Below, piece by piece: positions 46,970-55,218 of a stretch of DNA of 64,000 bases; position 1 is the stretch's first letter, and every line of letters begins with the position of its first letter. The position numbers and the translations under genes were made by a program. The notes beneath the pieces are model-generated. The model saw only the letters and a program-made list of their open reading frames with translations. It ran no database searches and was not told where the DNA came from. Location of the stretch: IMG/VR virus record IMGVR_UViG_3300020042_011666, positions 1 through 64,000 of that record, one strand, 5' to 3'. The stretch comes from a virus.

Positions 46970-46976
46970 ATACATA
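46970..46976 (-). promoter_or_regulatory. TATGTAT variant of the putative late promoter heading the envelope/lysis operon
   Basis: 5 nt upstream of ATG 46964, same spacing as the TATTTAT sites. Confidence 0.4.
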
Positions 46977-46990
46977 TTGAAAATTATTTG

Positions 46991-47062
46991 TACTCGGTAG
47001 GGGAGTCGAACCCCTCTTACCAGGATGAAAACCTGGTGTCCTAACCGATAGACGAACCGAGC
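46991..47062 (-). tRNA. tRNA-Glu (TTC)
   Basis: GCTCGGT/ACCGAGT acceptor, CCAGG-TTTTCAT-CCTGG anticodon arm, GGTTCGACTCC. Confidence 0.93.
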
Positions 47063-47156
47063 AACTTGTGTAAGGATCCATTACTTACACGTGCAACATA
47101 TTTAATGAGGGTGTTTTCGTTCTCGTTGCTTACACCTCACGAACACTGGATTTTGT

Positions 47157-47283
47157 AAAAGAAAAGCTTCGGGTCTTTCAGGGTTTCTGATTAAGTGCAA
47201 TGAGTGACGCCTACCTACTATTAACCCTTTTTCAGTATTTAAAACACTCTACCTCTCAATTACAGCTTCACTACTTTTCTTTT
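47157..47283 (-). ncRNA. Putative structured non-coding RNA between the tRNA genes
   Basis: 10-bp closing stem 47157-66/47274-83 and inner AGGGTT/AACCCT stem; no credible minus-strand ORF seen. Confidence 0.4.
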
Positions 47284-47284
47284 G

Positions 47285-47355
47285 TTGCGGACGACAGACT
47301 CGAACTATCAACTTTGGGTTATGAGCCCAATGTGTTACCATTACACCAACCCGCC
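47285..47355 (-). tRNA. tRNA-Met (CAT), initiator-like
   Basis: TTGGG-CTCATAA-CCCAA (three G-C pairs) and G1xA72 mismatch. Confidence 0.88.
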
Positions 47356-47360
47356 ATGTT

Positions 47361-47612
47361 TTATTTTGTAGTATTAGGCTTTTTCTTAGCTGGGTAACGT
47401 CTAGTAGATTTCTTTTTAGGGACAGCTACAGGTTTAACTTCAGCTACAGGCTCAACTACAACAACAGGCTCTGGTTCTTCTGCTACCAAGGGTGCATCTA
47501 ACCATTCTTTGTCTTCTTTAGTTAGTTTAGTTACGTTTTTGGTTTCTTTAACAAGTAACCAAATAAATGCAATAATTAAAATTGCTGCGAGGGTAATAAT
47601 AAGTATATTCAT
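47361..47612 (-). CDS. Single-TM protein with basic tail
   Basis: N-terminal hydrophobic helix. Confidence 0.6.
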   Translation of the reverse strand: MNILIITLAAILIIAFIWLLVKETKNVTKLTKEDKEWLDAPLVAEEPEPVVVVEPVAEVKPVAVPKKKSTRRYPAKKKPNTTK

Positions 47613-47620
47613 TTTTTTGT

Positions 47621-47977
47621 TTATTTTCCGTAAAAATTATTATAAAACCAATTAAACCAGTTTCGTCTCATTTTGGTAATTTTAATATCAATTCTGCGTT
47701 TAGCGCAGGTAATTATGTAAGTTTTTGGCTTTTCTTCTAAGCTTCTAATATACTGCTTTAAAGCTTTACCAAAATCTATCTTGTAGATATTAAACAAAAA
47801 CCAGAATAGTTTCTGCTGGTGATAATCATCAAAGATCCATCGACCGCTCTTGTAGGTAGCTAATTTGCTGTTAATAGTTGAACCTTCGTGTCCGCTAAAT
47901 AGTTCAAAATGATCTCGTTGAGGTTTAAAAACCAGGTATTCGGTTTCACTCAGATTGTAAATGAATGTATTTTCCAT
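47621..47977 (-). CDS. Hypothetical protein
   Basis: Full ORF with AGTT-ATG start. Confidence 0.55.
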   Translation of the reverse strand: MENTFIYNLSETEYLVFKPQRDHFELFSGHEGSTINSKLATYKSGRWIFDDYHQQKLFWFLFNIYKIDFGKALKQYIRSLEEKPKTYIITCAKRRIDIKITKMRRNWFNWFYNNFYGK

Positions 47978-47998
47978 AACTTTTATTTTTATTTCTTA

Positions 47999-48151
47999 TT
48001 AACCTTGTCCTACGGACAGTTTTTTATAATTTTTACTTGTTTTTGTTTTACTTGTTTTTGTTTTTGCTACAATACCTTTTCTAGTTTTTTTAGGTTTTTC
48101 TTTGTAAAGTGATGATGCACTAATGGATGTCTTTTTTGCTTTTGCTGCCAT
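47999..48151 (-). CDS. 50-aa Lys-rich peptide (not in ORF track)
   Basis: MAAKAKKTS...KTSKTKTSKNYKKLSVGQG; TATGTAT 4 nt upstream. Confidence 0.65.
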   Translation of the reverse strand: MAAKAKKTSISASSLYKEKPKKTRKGIVAKTKTSKTKTSKNYKKLSVGQG

Positions 48152-48171
48152 GCATATACATATATCACCTC

Positions 48172-48468
48172 CTATACTAGATGTTTTTCGTGAGGTCTAA
48201 CCTTAACGTCCCGCTCATGTATATATTGAACGCCATCTTTTGCTGCTTCAGTACATACAGTGTTAGTATCCCAATAATATACTTTACCTTCATATTCATG
48301 GTGTTCTTCTTGACCTTGATTGTAATATACGATTCTTCTTTTACCTCCCCAACTTCTAAAATCCTTAGGTGTAACTCTATACCATTTTTCTTTTAAAAAA
48401 ACTTGTAATAGTTTTTCCTCTGGGAAGTCATATTTTAATTTGCCGGTATTGCCTTTTTTTTCTCCCAT
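48172..48468 (-). CDS. Hypothetical protein
   Basis: WYRVT..DFRSW.G.RRI...YEGKVY. Confidence 0.55.
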   Translation of the reverse strand: MGEKKGNTGKLKYDFPEEKLLQVFLKEKWYRVTPKDFRSWGGKRRIVYYNQGQEEHHEYEGKVYYWDTNTVCTEAAKDGVQYIHERDVKVRPHEKHLV

Positions 48469-48689
48469 TATAGTTCGGGTAATAATCCTGCTTCCTCAAT
48501 TGCTTTCCACACTCTCATCTTCCACAAATCAATTTTATGCCCACAATAACTATGTTCTCCTCTTATTGTTGCTTTAGCTAGTAATAGTAGACACCAATCA
48601 AATGCTTCATCTGCTTTTTCTAACTCATTTTGCTCTACATAGGTATTGGCTTGGCTCCACTTTTGTATAAAAACTGGTCTTTTCTTCAT
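48468..48689 (-). CDS. Hypothetical protein
   Basis: Full ORF. Confidence 0.5.
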   Translation of the reverse strand: MKKRPVFIQKWSQANTYVEQNELEKADEAFDWCLLLLAKATIRGEHSYCGHKIDLWKMRVWKAIEEAGLLPEL

Positions 48690-49016
48690 AACTTTTATAT
48701 AATATACGTAACTTATTTTAAATTTCTAGGATAACTTTTTAGGATTTAATTATGCTTTTTCTTCTTCTAGTGTTTGACTTTCTAAAGTAGCCATTAAACA
48801 CAGATCATATATAGATTGAGGACTAGATATCATTAAAAATAACAGTTCTTTATCCGTTAATTTTAAGATAACATCTATAACTAATCCTGAAGGGTCAATC
48901 CTATTCTTCTTCATATGCTATTCTTGACTTTTTGTTTTTTCCTCTTCTAATTTGAAGTTCTTTTTCAGCTAGCCAAATTTTTAGTGTACTTAATTTTTGT
49001 AGGTTTGATGTTTTGC

Positions 49017-49559
49017 TCATAATTTATTCCATTTATTTTTATAGTTTATGTTTGATGCAGCGTATTGAGCATATTCGTTTCGTACAGGTTGTCCTGTATT
49101 ATATGCCCCACACGCTAGGGTCCAATCTTTGTATATGCTATGCCATGTACGTAGCATTTTCATAGATACCATAACATTTAAGTCAATATTATGTTTTAGT
49201 TCATTAATAGATACTTTTCTCCCTGCAAACTTGTGAGCATATCTAGGAATAATTTGCATCGGCCCAACAGCTCCTGAAGATGATGTTAGAGATGGGTTAT
49301 AATTCCAATGTAATGGTCCTTTATATCTACTTTCTAAATATGCCACATTATAGGCAATATGTTTAGGTATATTAAATGAGTCTGAGTATTTCTCTAAAGC
49401 ATCATGCATTTGGACAGGGATAACGCTTAATTTATCGTTTAACTCGTCAGATTCGCGCTGTAATTTAATTACCTTGTATTCTAACCGGATATATAGCAAA
49501 GCTAAGAGGACGATTAAAATAATGACATACCATCGCTTTACCTGTTTAAAAATATCCAT
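49017..49559 (-). CDS. Membrane-anchored lytic transglycosylase (SLT)
   Basis: N-terminal TM; LES, SSSGAVGPMQI, AYNTG. Confidence 0.88.
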   Translation of the reverse strand: MDIFKQVKRWYVIILIVLLALLYIRLEYKVIKLQRESDELNDKLSVIPVQMHDALEKYSDSFNIPKHIAYNVAYLESRYKGPLHWNYNPSLTSSSGAVGPMQIIPRYAHKFAGRKVSINELKHNIDLNVMVSMKMLRTWHSIYKDWTLACGAYNTGQPVRNEYAQYAASNINYKNKWNKL

Positions 49560-49858
49560 TATTGTGCAACAATTTGTTTGGCATACATATTAAATATGGT
49601 ACGCCCTACAGTATCACTATACATTTGGTATGAACCTGTATTTTTGTCCATTATAATTAATTGATTGGACTCATCAATGGCGATACGTACTTCTTTGTTG
49701 GTTTTAAGTTTTTCAACTTTAACGGATGTAGAGGACATAGTATCCAAAATATGGAAATAATATCCAATTCCAAATCCTAAGATTAATGAGCCTGCAACTA
49801 AAATTACAGATGCTGCTTTGTTGATGTAGACCATAAGTCTTTCTTTAATGTTTATCAT
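49559..49858 (-). CDS. Single-TM protein coupled to the SLT gene
   Basis: TM helix; stop/start overlap. Confidence 0.55.
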   Translation of the reverse strand: MINIKERLMVYINKAASVILVAGSLILGFGIGYYFHILDTMSSTSVKVEKLKTNKEVRIAIDESNQLIIMDKNTGSYQMYSDTVGRTIFNMYAKQIVAQ

Positions 49859-49863
49859 AACTT

Positions 49864-50154
49864 TTATTTTTTTAATTTTTCAATTGTTTCTTTAATTATT
49901 TTACATTCCTCATACTTTTCATATTCAATAAATGTAGGTAATAATTCCTCTAAAGTAGCACTAAAATAAGGGCGTTCAACCGTTAAATCAACTATTTTTT
50001 CATCCTCAATGATATGTACTGAAAGGAAATATATTGATCGCTTTTTTGTTTTTAGGTTACTAATGATAGCATCATACAAGGCTTCAGCAATCCTGATGTC
50101 TTTGGCTTGAGTTAGTTTTTCAAACTCGTCGTAGGTATTAACTGTAATTTCCAT
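49864..50154 (-). CDS. UVR-like domain protein
   Basis: C-terminal EKYEECKIIKE. Confidence 0.5.
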   Translation of the reverse strand: MEITVNTYDEFEKLTQAKDIRIAEALYDAIISNLKTKKRSIYFLSVHIIEDEKIVDLTVERPYFSATLEELLPTFIEYEKYEECKIIKETIEKLKK

Positions 50155-50196
50155 TAGAATAAATCTAAAAATTTGTTGTTTATATTCTTTTCCTTC

Positions 50197-50225
50197 AACA
50201 TACGAAGCTTATCTTGTTTATCCAA
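50197..50225 (-). promoter_or_regulatory. Bacteroidota-type promoter TTG-N20-TATGTTG
   Basis: Motif match. Confidence 0.55.
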
Positions 50226-50305
50226 CATCTTTGAGGCTAACTTTTCTAGGTGATCTTGCTTGGTTTGATCATAGTCTTTTACGACTTTTTTATGTTTTTT
50301 ATTTT

Positions 50306-50941
50306 TCATAAATGAGAAATAAATTCGGAAGCATCCTCCGAGTCAACAGTGTCTTCTAAACCTAAACGGGCAAGCATTTCTTTTTGGTAATCATCTAATT
50401 CCCAATCTACTTGTCCTTTATAAATAGATACATGGTCTTCAACCCCTTGAATTTGCTTATCACTAAATATATCCCCAACATGGGTAAAGAAACAGTTATA
50501 GCAAAGTAATTCTAGATTTGGTAATTTATAATTTTTCTTATTTTTGTCTTTAAAGTTCAATAATAAAGGCATTTTATAATCACTCATTCGCCTATCAGCA
50601 AATTTACATAAATTACAACACTCGGCTAAAAGCCCTTCAACAACTAACCTTCGTTTTATCTTATCAGGACCAAAACTATCAGGATTAACTCTACCCTCTA
50701 GTATGTCTAAAAGGGCGGTTTCTTTTTTACCATTCTTTAAAAATTTAGGAATGCCTTTTCCTTGTTGGTTTAGCTGGATTTCAAATAGAGATTTATTTTG
50801 CTCTTCGTCCCTGTATAATTTAGCATATCGTTTGTAATGCATATAGGAACATCCCAAATAGCGGGCGGCTGCTCTATTTGATAAGGTTTTAGCCATAGCG
50901 GCTAAAACCATTTCTTTAGTCAAAGGTTTCGGTCTCGACAT
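50306..50941 (-). CDS. HTH + degenerate HNH/Zn protein
   Basis: SNRAAARYLG HTH; CNLC...LLLNFKD.N..N..L.NLELLCYNC. Confidence 0.65.
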   Translation of the reverse strand: MSRPKPLTKEMVLAAMAKTLSNRAAARYLGCSYMHYKRYAKLYRDEEQNKSLFEIQLNQQGKGIPKFLKNGKKETALLDILEGRVNPDSFGPDKIKRRLVVEGLLAECCNLCKFADRRMSDYKMPLLLNFKDKNKKNYKLPNLELLCYNCFFTHVGDIFSDKQIQGVEDHVSIYKGQVDWELDDYQKEMLARLGLEDTVDSEDASEFISHL

Positions 50942-51329
50942 CGTCTACAATATCTAACTCTTCCAACTTAAGAGGCTCATCAGCCGTTTCCTCATCATAG
51001 TCTGAGTGTTTTTCTGATGGGGGTTGGGTAAAGTCTTTCATAGTAAGTGAAGGATCTTCATTTTCAAAACCAATAGACTCAAATCCGGGCTCAATTACTT
51101 TTGCCCTAGGGTCAATATAGTGTTTAGCACGTTGGTACTCATCATCCTCTAGAATGATTAATTCAGTATATGTATGGTCTCCCTCTCCTAATTGTACTGT
51201 AATGCTTCTTTTGGGTTTAGCATCCGAGCAGCTTACACAAGTAGATACGTTAGGGAGTATTTCTACTCGTTTTGGGTGAATTTCATCCCCACATTTTTTG
51301 CAATACCTTGCCATAATTGTTGTTTCCAT
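50916..51329 (-). CDS. DksA/TraR-type C4 zinc-finger protein with acidic tail
   Basis: YCKKCGDEIHPKRVEILPNVSTCVSC. Confidence 0.75.
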   Translation of the reverse strand: METTIMARYCKKCGDEIHPKRVEILPNVSTCVSCSDAKPKRSITVQLGEGDHTYTELIILEDDEYQRAKHYIDPRAKVIEPGFESIGFENEDPSLTMKDFTQPPSEKHSDYDEETADEPLKLEELDIVDDVETETFD

Positions 51330-51338
51330 ATAACTATA

Positions 51339-51734
51339 TTAATTTTTTGAAAAACGTTGACCTACTATAGCCCACAAATCTTCAAATGTTCTTATAAATG
51401 TTTGATTCCCTTCCTCATCTTCATCATAAGGGAACTCGTTTCCGTCATCATCTTTATTTCCATACAAATAAAACATGATTGCGCTTGTAATTTCTTCACC
51501 ATAATTCATTGCAATTAAATTTTCAATTACAATAAAATATGGCTCACTATATGATGTAAAATCAATGTTTGTTATTTCAGCCAGTTTATAATCTCGGTCA
51601 ATAACTGATTCTATGTTTTCTAGTATGAACTGTAGTTTTTCTTTTTCAGTAGAGGCATCTATTTGGGATGAAATAGTAACTTTATCTCCAAAAACATCTT
51701 TAAAAAAATCGTCAATATCTTCTAAATCAATCAT
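51339..51734 (-). CDS. Acidic hypothetical protein
   Basis: Full ORF. Confidence 0.55.
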   Translation of the reverse strand: MIDLEDIDDFFKDVFGDKVTISSQIDASTEKEKLQFILENIESVIDRDYKLAEITNIDFTSYSEPYFIVIENLIAMNYGEEITSAIMFYLYGNKDDDGNEFPYDEDEEGNQTFIRTFEDLWAIVGQRFSKN

Positions 51735-51918
51735 CTAACCGTATAATATAAAACAATTTTGAAAAATCAGCAATGCTCATTTGTTTGCGAGAGGAAAAAT
51801 GCCCTAATGCTTGATCTTTATTATCAAATTTACCAGTGCTGATTATTTCAGCAGTTTTGTCGTTTATATTATAAAAACCGTATTTCTTCATTGCTTTAGA
51901 TTTTTTACTATTTGACAC
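51727..51918 (-). CDS. Hypothetical protein
   Basis: Likely start MKKYG. Confidence 0.5.
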   Translation of the reverse strand: MSNSKKSKAMKKYGFYNINDKTAEIISTGKFDNKDQALGHFSSRKQMSIADFSKLFYIIRLDD

Positions 51919-52196
51919 AAATCATAATCTTCGTTATTAGCATAGAACTCAATTGCTTTATCTAATACCTCGTTTATATCTTCTTTTTTAACTCTTACAA
52001 CACTATCAAAATCAGCTATTTTAAATAATGTAATAATATCTAAGTTATTTTTAATTCCGTCTTCAATCGAATTAATGGCTTCAGTGTATAACATATCCAT
52101 AAATTTGTCTGAGTTAACTAGTGTTTGAAAATCCTCTTTATTATCGATTGAAAATCGTATAATTTTAGGTAATCTTGGTTTAGTTTGTTTTTCCAT
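51888..52196 (-). CDS. UVR-like domain protein
   Basis: C-terminal EDYDLCQIVKNL; similar layout to 49864..50154. Confidence 0.5.
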   Translation of the reverse strand: MEKQTKPRLPKIIRFSIDNKEDFQTLVNSDKFMDMLYTEAINSIEDGIKNNLDIITLFKIADFDSVVRVKKEDINEVLDKAIEFYANNEDYDLCQIVKNLKQ

Positions 52197-52223
52197 TACC
52201 TTAGTATTGATTGTTAATAAATA

Positions 52224-53021
52224 TTAGATAGCAATTACTTTTTGATCGGGGTATTGAAAATGGCATATCCCACTAACCATTATATTTTTATGTGACGGAT
52301 CACCAATTTTATCTATTTTTATAGCATCATATAGTTTTTGATATGTTGTTTTATTAAGTAAATGGAATTTAGTTAAATTATTTCGGCTAATACATTGTGC
52401 TAAAAATTCCTCACATGACCACCCTGGAATATATTCCCATATTTTCCCATTGTAGTTGTCAATAAATTTACTAGCTAAATATGTTTCATCTAAGTATGTT
52501 TTATCTGTTAAATAACTTGTTTTAGATACATCTATAAAATAAAAATTAGTTTGAGGGGTAAAATGATTTTTATCCATTTGCTCTAAATCAAAACCATTCA
52601 AATACTGTGTTTCATATGAAAAGCCATTTAAATAATAGAAATCAGCATCCTCAATTTCAATATCAAATACATCCTCAGTTAGTATAACATCATTAGCTGA
52701 TTTACATAGCCATTTAACCCCATTCTGTTTACAGTAGTCAAAAACCATATTATCTAGATCAGCCGTACCAAAATTATGTCCTCGATTTATGTCTGAAAAC
52801 AAACATGTTGATTTAGGGTAATACATAGAACATAATTGTTCTGTTTTAATTACTAATTCGGGGTCATTTTCTGTATTAAAGGCAAATATTATAGCATTAA
52901 ATTCATTTAATACTGGGTTGTTATATATCAAATAAGATTGTAGTACATCCAAATCATTTTGAGATGAGATATATCCTATTGTTCCGTAAGTTGACTTAGA
53001 AATTAGATGTTTTAAATTCAT
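52224..53021 (-). CDS. Glycosyltransferase-like protein
   Basis: NRGHNFG, KSANDV; cluster context. Confidence 0.45.
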   Translation of the reverse strand: MNLKHLISKSTYGTIGYISSQNDLDVLQSYLIYNNPVLNEFNAIIFAFNTENDPELVIKTEQLCSMYYPKSTCLFSDINRGHNFGTADLDNMVFDYCKQNGVKWLCKSANDVILTEDVFDIEIEDADFYYLNGFSYETQYLNGFDLEQMDKNHFTPQTNFYFIDVSKTSYLTDKTYLDETYLASKFIDNYNGKIWEYIPGWSCEEFLAQCISRNNLTKFHLLNKTTYQKLYDAIKIDKIGDPSHKNIMVSGICHFQYPDQKVIAI

Positions 53022-53610
53022 TTAAGGGAATTAGATTAAGTAATTTGGTTCTGTTTGTATCAAAATAATTCCAAGATTCTAAGCCTTGCTGTAATTCACC
53101 TGTAGGACAATGATTTATCTCAGGTCTATTGTTAAATATAATTCCACATCCGCAATCAGTATTAACAGTAATAAATTTATGTGAGTATTTTTGTCTAAAC
53201 CTTAACACGGATTTATAAACATCCCCATTCCATATACCTGAAACTCGAGGAACTAATGAATAAAGTTCCTGTTCTGGGTTGCAGTCATGTAGCACAATTA
53301 TTCCGTTGTCTACTAAATGATTTAAAGCATTTTTAATATCTTTATCTACTTGTTCTGAGTGGTGCAACCCATCAATAAAAATAAGGTCATATTTTATTTC
53401 AGGGTGATCGTTAATTAAATCAAAAAAAGCATCAGATGTCATTTGATAATTTACCTCAGGTACCATTTCACCTTCAACCCCAGGATCTACTCCATCTTTA
53501 TGTTCAGCTATAATTTCTCTAATATTTTGACCTCTATAAACACCTATTTCTAAGTAGTTTATAAAGTTATTTGCTTTAATTAGATGGTTTATAATTTCAA
53601 ATCTATGCAT
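52996..53610 (-). CDS. Class I SAM methyltransferase (Methyltransf_24-like)
   Basis: YLEIGV, DLIFIDGLH, IVLHD. Confidence 0.85.
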   Translation of the reverse strand: MHRFEIINHLIKANNFINYLEIGVYRGQNIREIIAEHKDGVDPGVEGEMVPEVNYQMTSDAFFDLINDHPEIKYDLIFIDGLHHSEQVDKDIKNALNHLVDNGIIVLHDCNPEQELYSLVPRVSGIWNGDVYKSVLRFRQKYSHKFITVNTDCGCGIIFNNRPEINHCPTGELQQGLESWNYFDTNRTKLLNLIPLNEFKTSNF

Positions 53611-54472
53611 GTTCTAAGATATATTTAGCAATATTTTGAGTAGTTAAATTGTTTTTGGTGTACTCAAATATTTCGTTCAATATACAAAAATATTTTTGCT
53701 CATCAAAGTTATTTGCTAAATTCATTCCCTCTAATATCAATTCTTTAGGGAAATTAAATAAAGTATCTTTAGGACATTCCTCTAACCCAACAAAATAGGG
53801 TAAACAATAATTACCTAAAATTTCATAATGCCTTAAAGAATCCCATCCTGCTTTTTTCATTGTAACACCATAATATGATTTTTGATAGTCCTTATAGTAT
53901 GGGGTTTCACTTTTAAAAATATAGGTTTCAGGTTGACCTGGAATGCAAGTAGCATAGTCCTGAGTTTTAGTTTTGTTTGGTGTAGCTAATTTGCACGTAG
54001 GTATTCCAAAAGTAATAGGGCGCAGATTGGGGTGACTAGTTTGTAGCTCGCGTTTAAAATACAAGTGCTTGGCGTGTAACGCGTCAATTTCTGGTTCGTC
54101 ATTACCATCAATTAAAATAACTTTATTAGCAGGATAAACTTTAGATACTAAATCATAGTAATCTTTACACCTTTTAATAGCACCATAGATAATTAAATCA
54201 TAATATTGATCTTTAATTTTTTCCTCAATATTAGTTCTATTAATGTTATTTTCTCCAATTAACCAGAAAGCAGTCATTCCTCCCCATAAATGGGAAGGAT
54301 GAATTTTACCTTCATTTTCTTTATATAATGAAATAATTTGTGTGCTATCTACAACACTGTCACCAAATAATTCTCTTAAACCATAAAACACTAAGTCATT
54401 TTGATAGTCAGAAATAAACCCACCACTTGCTTGGGCAATACTTAGATGGTTGGTTATATAAAGGATTTTCAT
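53603..54472 (-). CDS. GT-B glycosyltransferase-like protein
   Basis: IDGND, YFKRE, KKAGWDSLRHYE. Confidence 0.6.
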   Translation of the reverse strand: MKILYITNHLSIAQASGGFISDYQNDLVFYGLRELFGDSVVDSTQIISLYKENEGKIHPSHLWGGMTAFWLIGENNINRTNIEEKIKDQYYDLIIYGAIKRCKDYYDLVSKVYPANKVILIDGNDEPEIDALHAKHLYFKRELQTSHPNLRPITFGIPTCKLATPNKTKTQDYATCIPGQPETYIFKSETPYYKDYQKSYYGVTMKKAGWDSLRHYEILGNYCLPYFVGLEECPKDTLFNFPKELILEGMNLANNFDEQKYFCILNEIFEYTKNNLTTQNIAKYILEHA

Positions 54473-55218
54473 TAACGACCAAATTTCTTTATGTCTTTAT
54501 GCATAAATAATCCTTCACCATGAGCTACTTTATAGTCTTGTCTTGCCCACCAACCACTTATTTTTCCCTCTAAATCAATTCCACCTCCAGCAAATTGGGT
54601 TACAGTGTCTAGGTAAAATTGTTTTTTAAATAAACAAGGATTATTAGTCCAGTTTCCCCACCTGCTTGTAGTTACAAAATAATCATTTTGTTTTTGAATC
54701 TTATCAGAAAATAATTCCTCAGGATTTTCTAACCAATGTATTGAATCTAATAAATGGGGTGAAACCAAATCCATTCCTGGGTCATAGTGGTTTAGTTCAT
54801 TTCCTTTATATACTCCTTCTGTAAATAATGGGAAACCAGGATGTGCTCTATGTCTGTATCTAACTGCTTGGAATCCATCATTTACTAGTTCTAGGCCTGA
54901 TGTCAGTCGGTTATAAGTTGTTTCTTTAGATTCAATTAATAACCAATCATGTTCTAATAATAATATATTATCTGTTTGAGTATTTTCAGTTAATTGGGTA
55001 AATCCTTTACCTATACCTATGTTTTCATCTAAGCCAATGTATGGGATAGAAAAATGGTCAGCTATTTGTTTATCCTCATCTGTTACCTCTTGAAATAAAA
55101 TAGTAACATCATTTACTAAATCAAATAATCCATTGATGTGATAAGAATGTAAGGTATCAATCAGCGTTTGTCCTGAGTTCCAGGATAATATTCCTATAGA
55201 GATTGGTAATTTTTCCAT
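54472..55218 (-). CDS. GT2-like glycosyltransferase
   Basis: ENIGIG, LLLEHDW. Confidence 0.65.
   Translation of the reverse strand: MEKLPISIGILSWNSGQTLIDTLHSYHINGLFDLVNDVTILFQEVTDEDKQIADHFSIPYIGLDENIGIGKGFTQLTENTQTDNILLLEHDWLLIESKETTYNRLTSGLELVNDGFQAVRYRHRAHPGFPLFTEGVYKGNELNHYDPGMDLVSPHLLDSIHWLENPEELFSDKIQKQNDYFVTTSRWGNWTNNPCLFKKQFYLDTVTQFAGGGIDLEGKISGWWARQDYKVAHGEGLFMHKDIKKFGR

Noticed and set aside
50306-50941. Active HNH homing endonuclease / mobile element
   Set aside because: Catalytic His residues are missing and there is no intron or intein context
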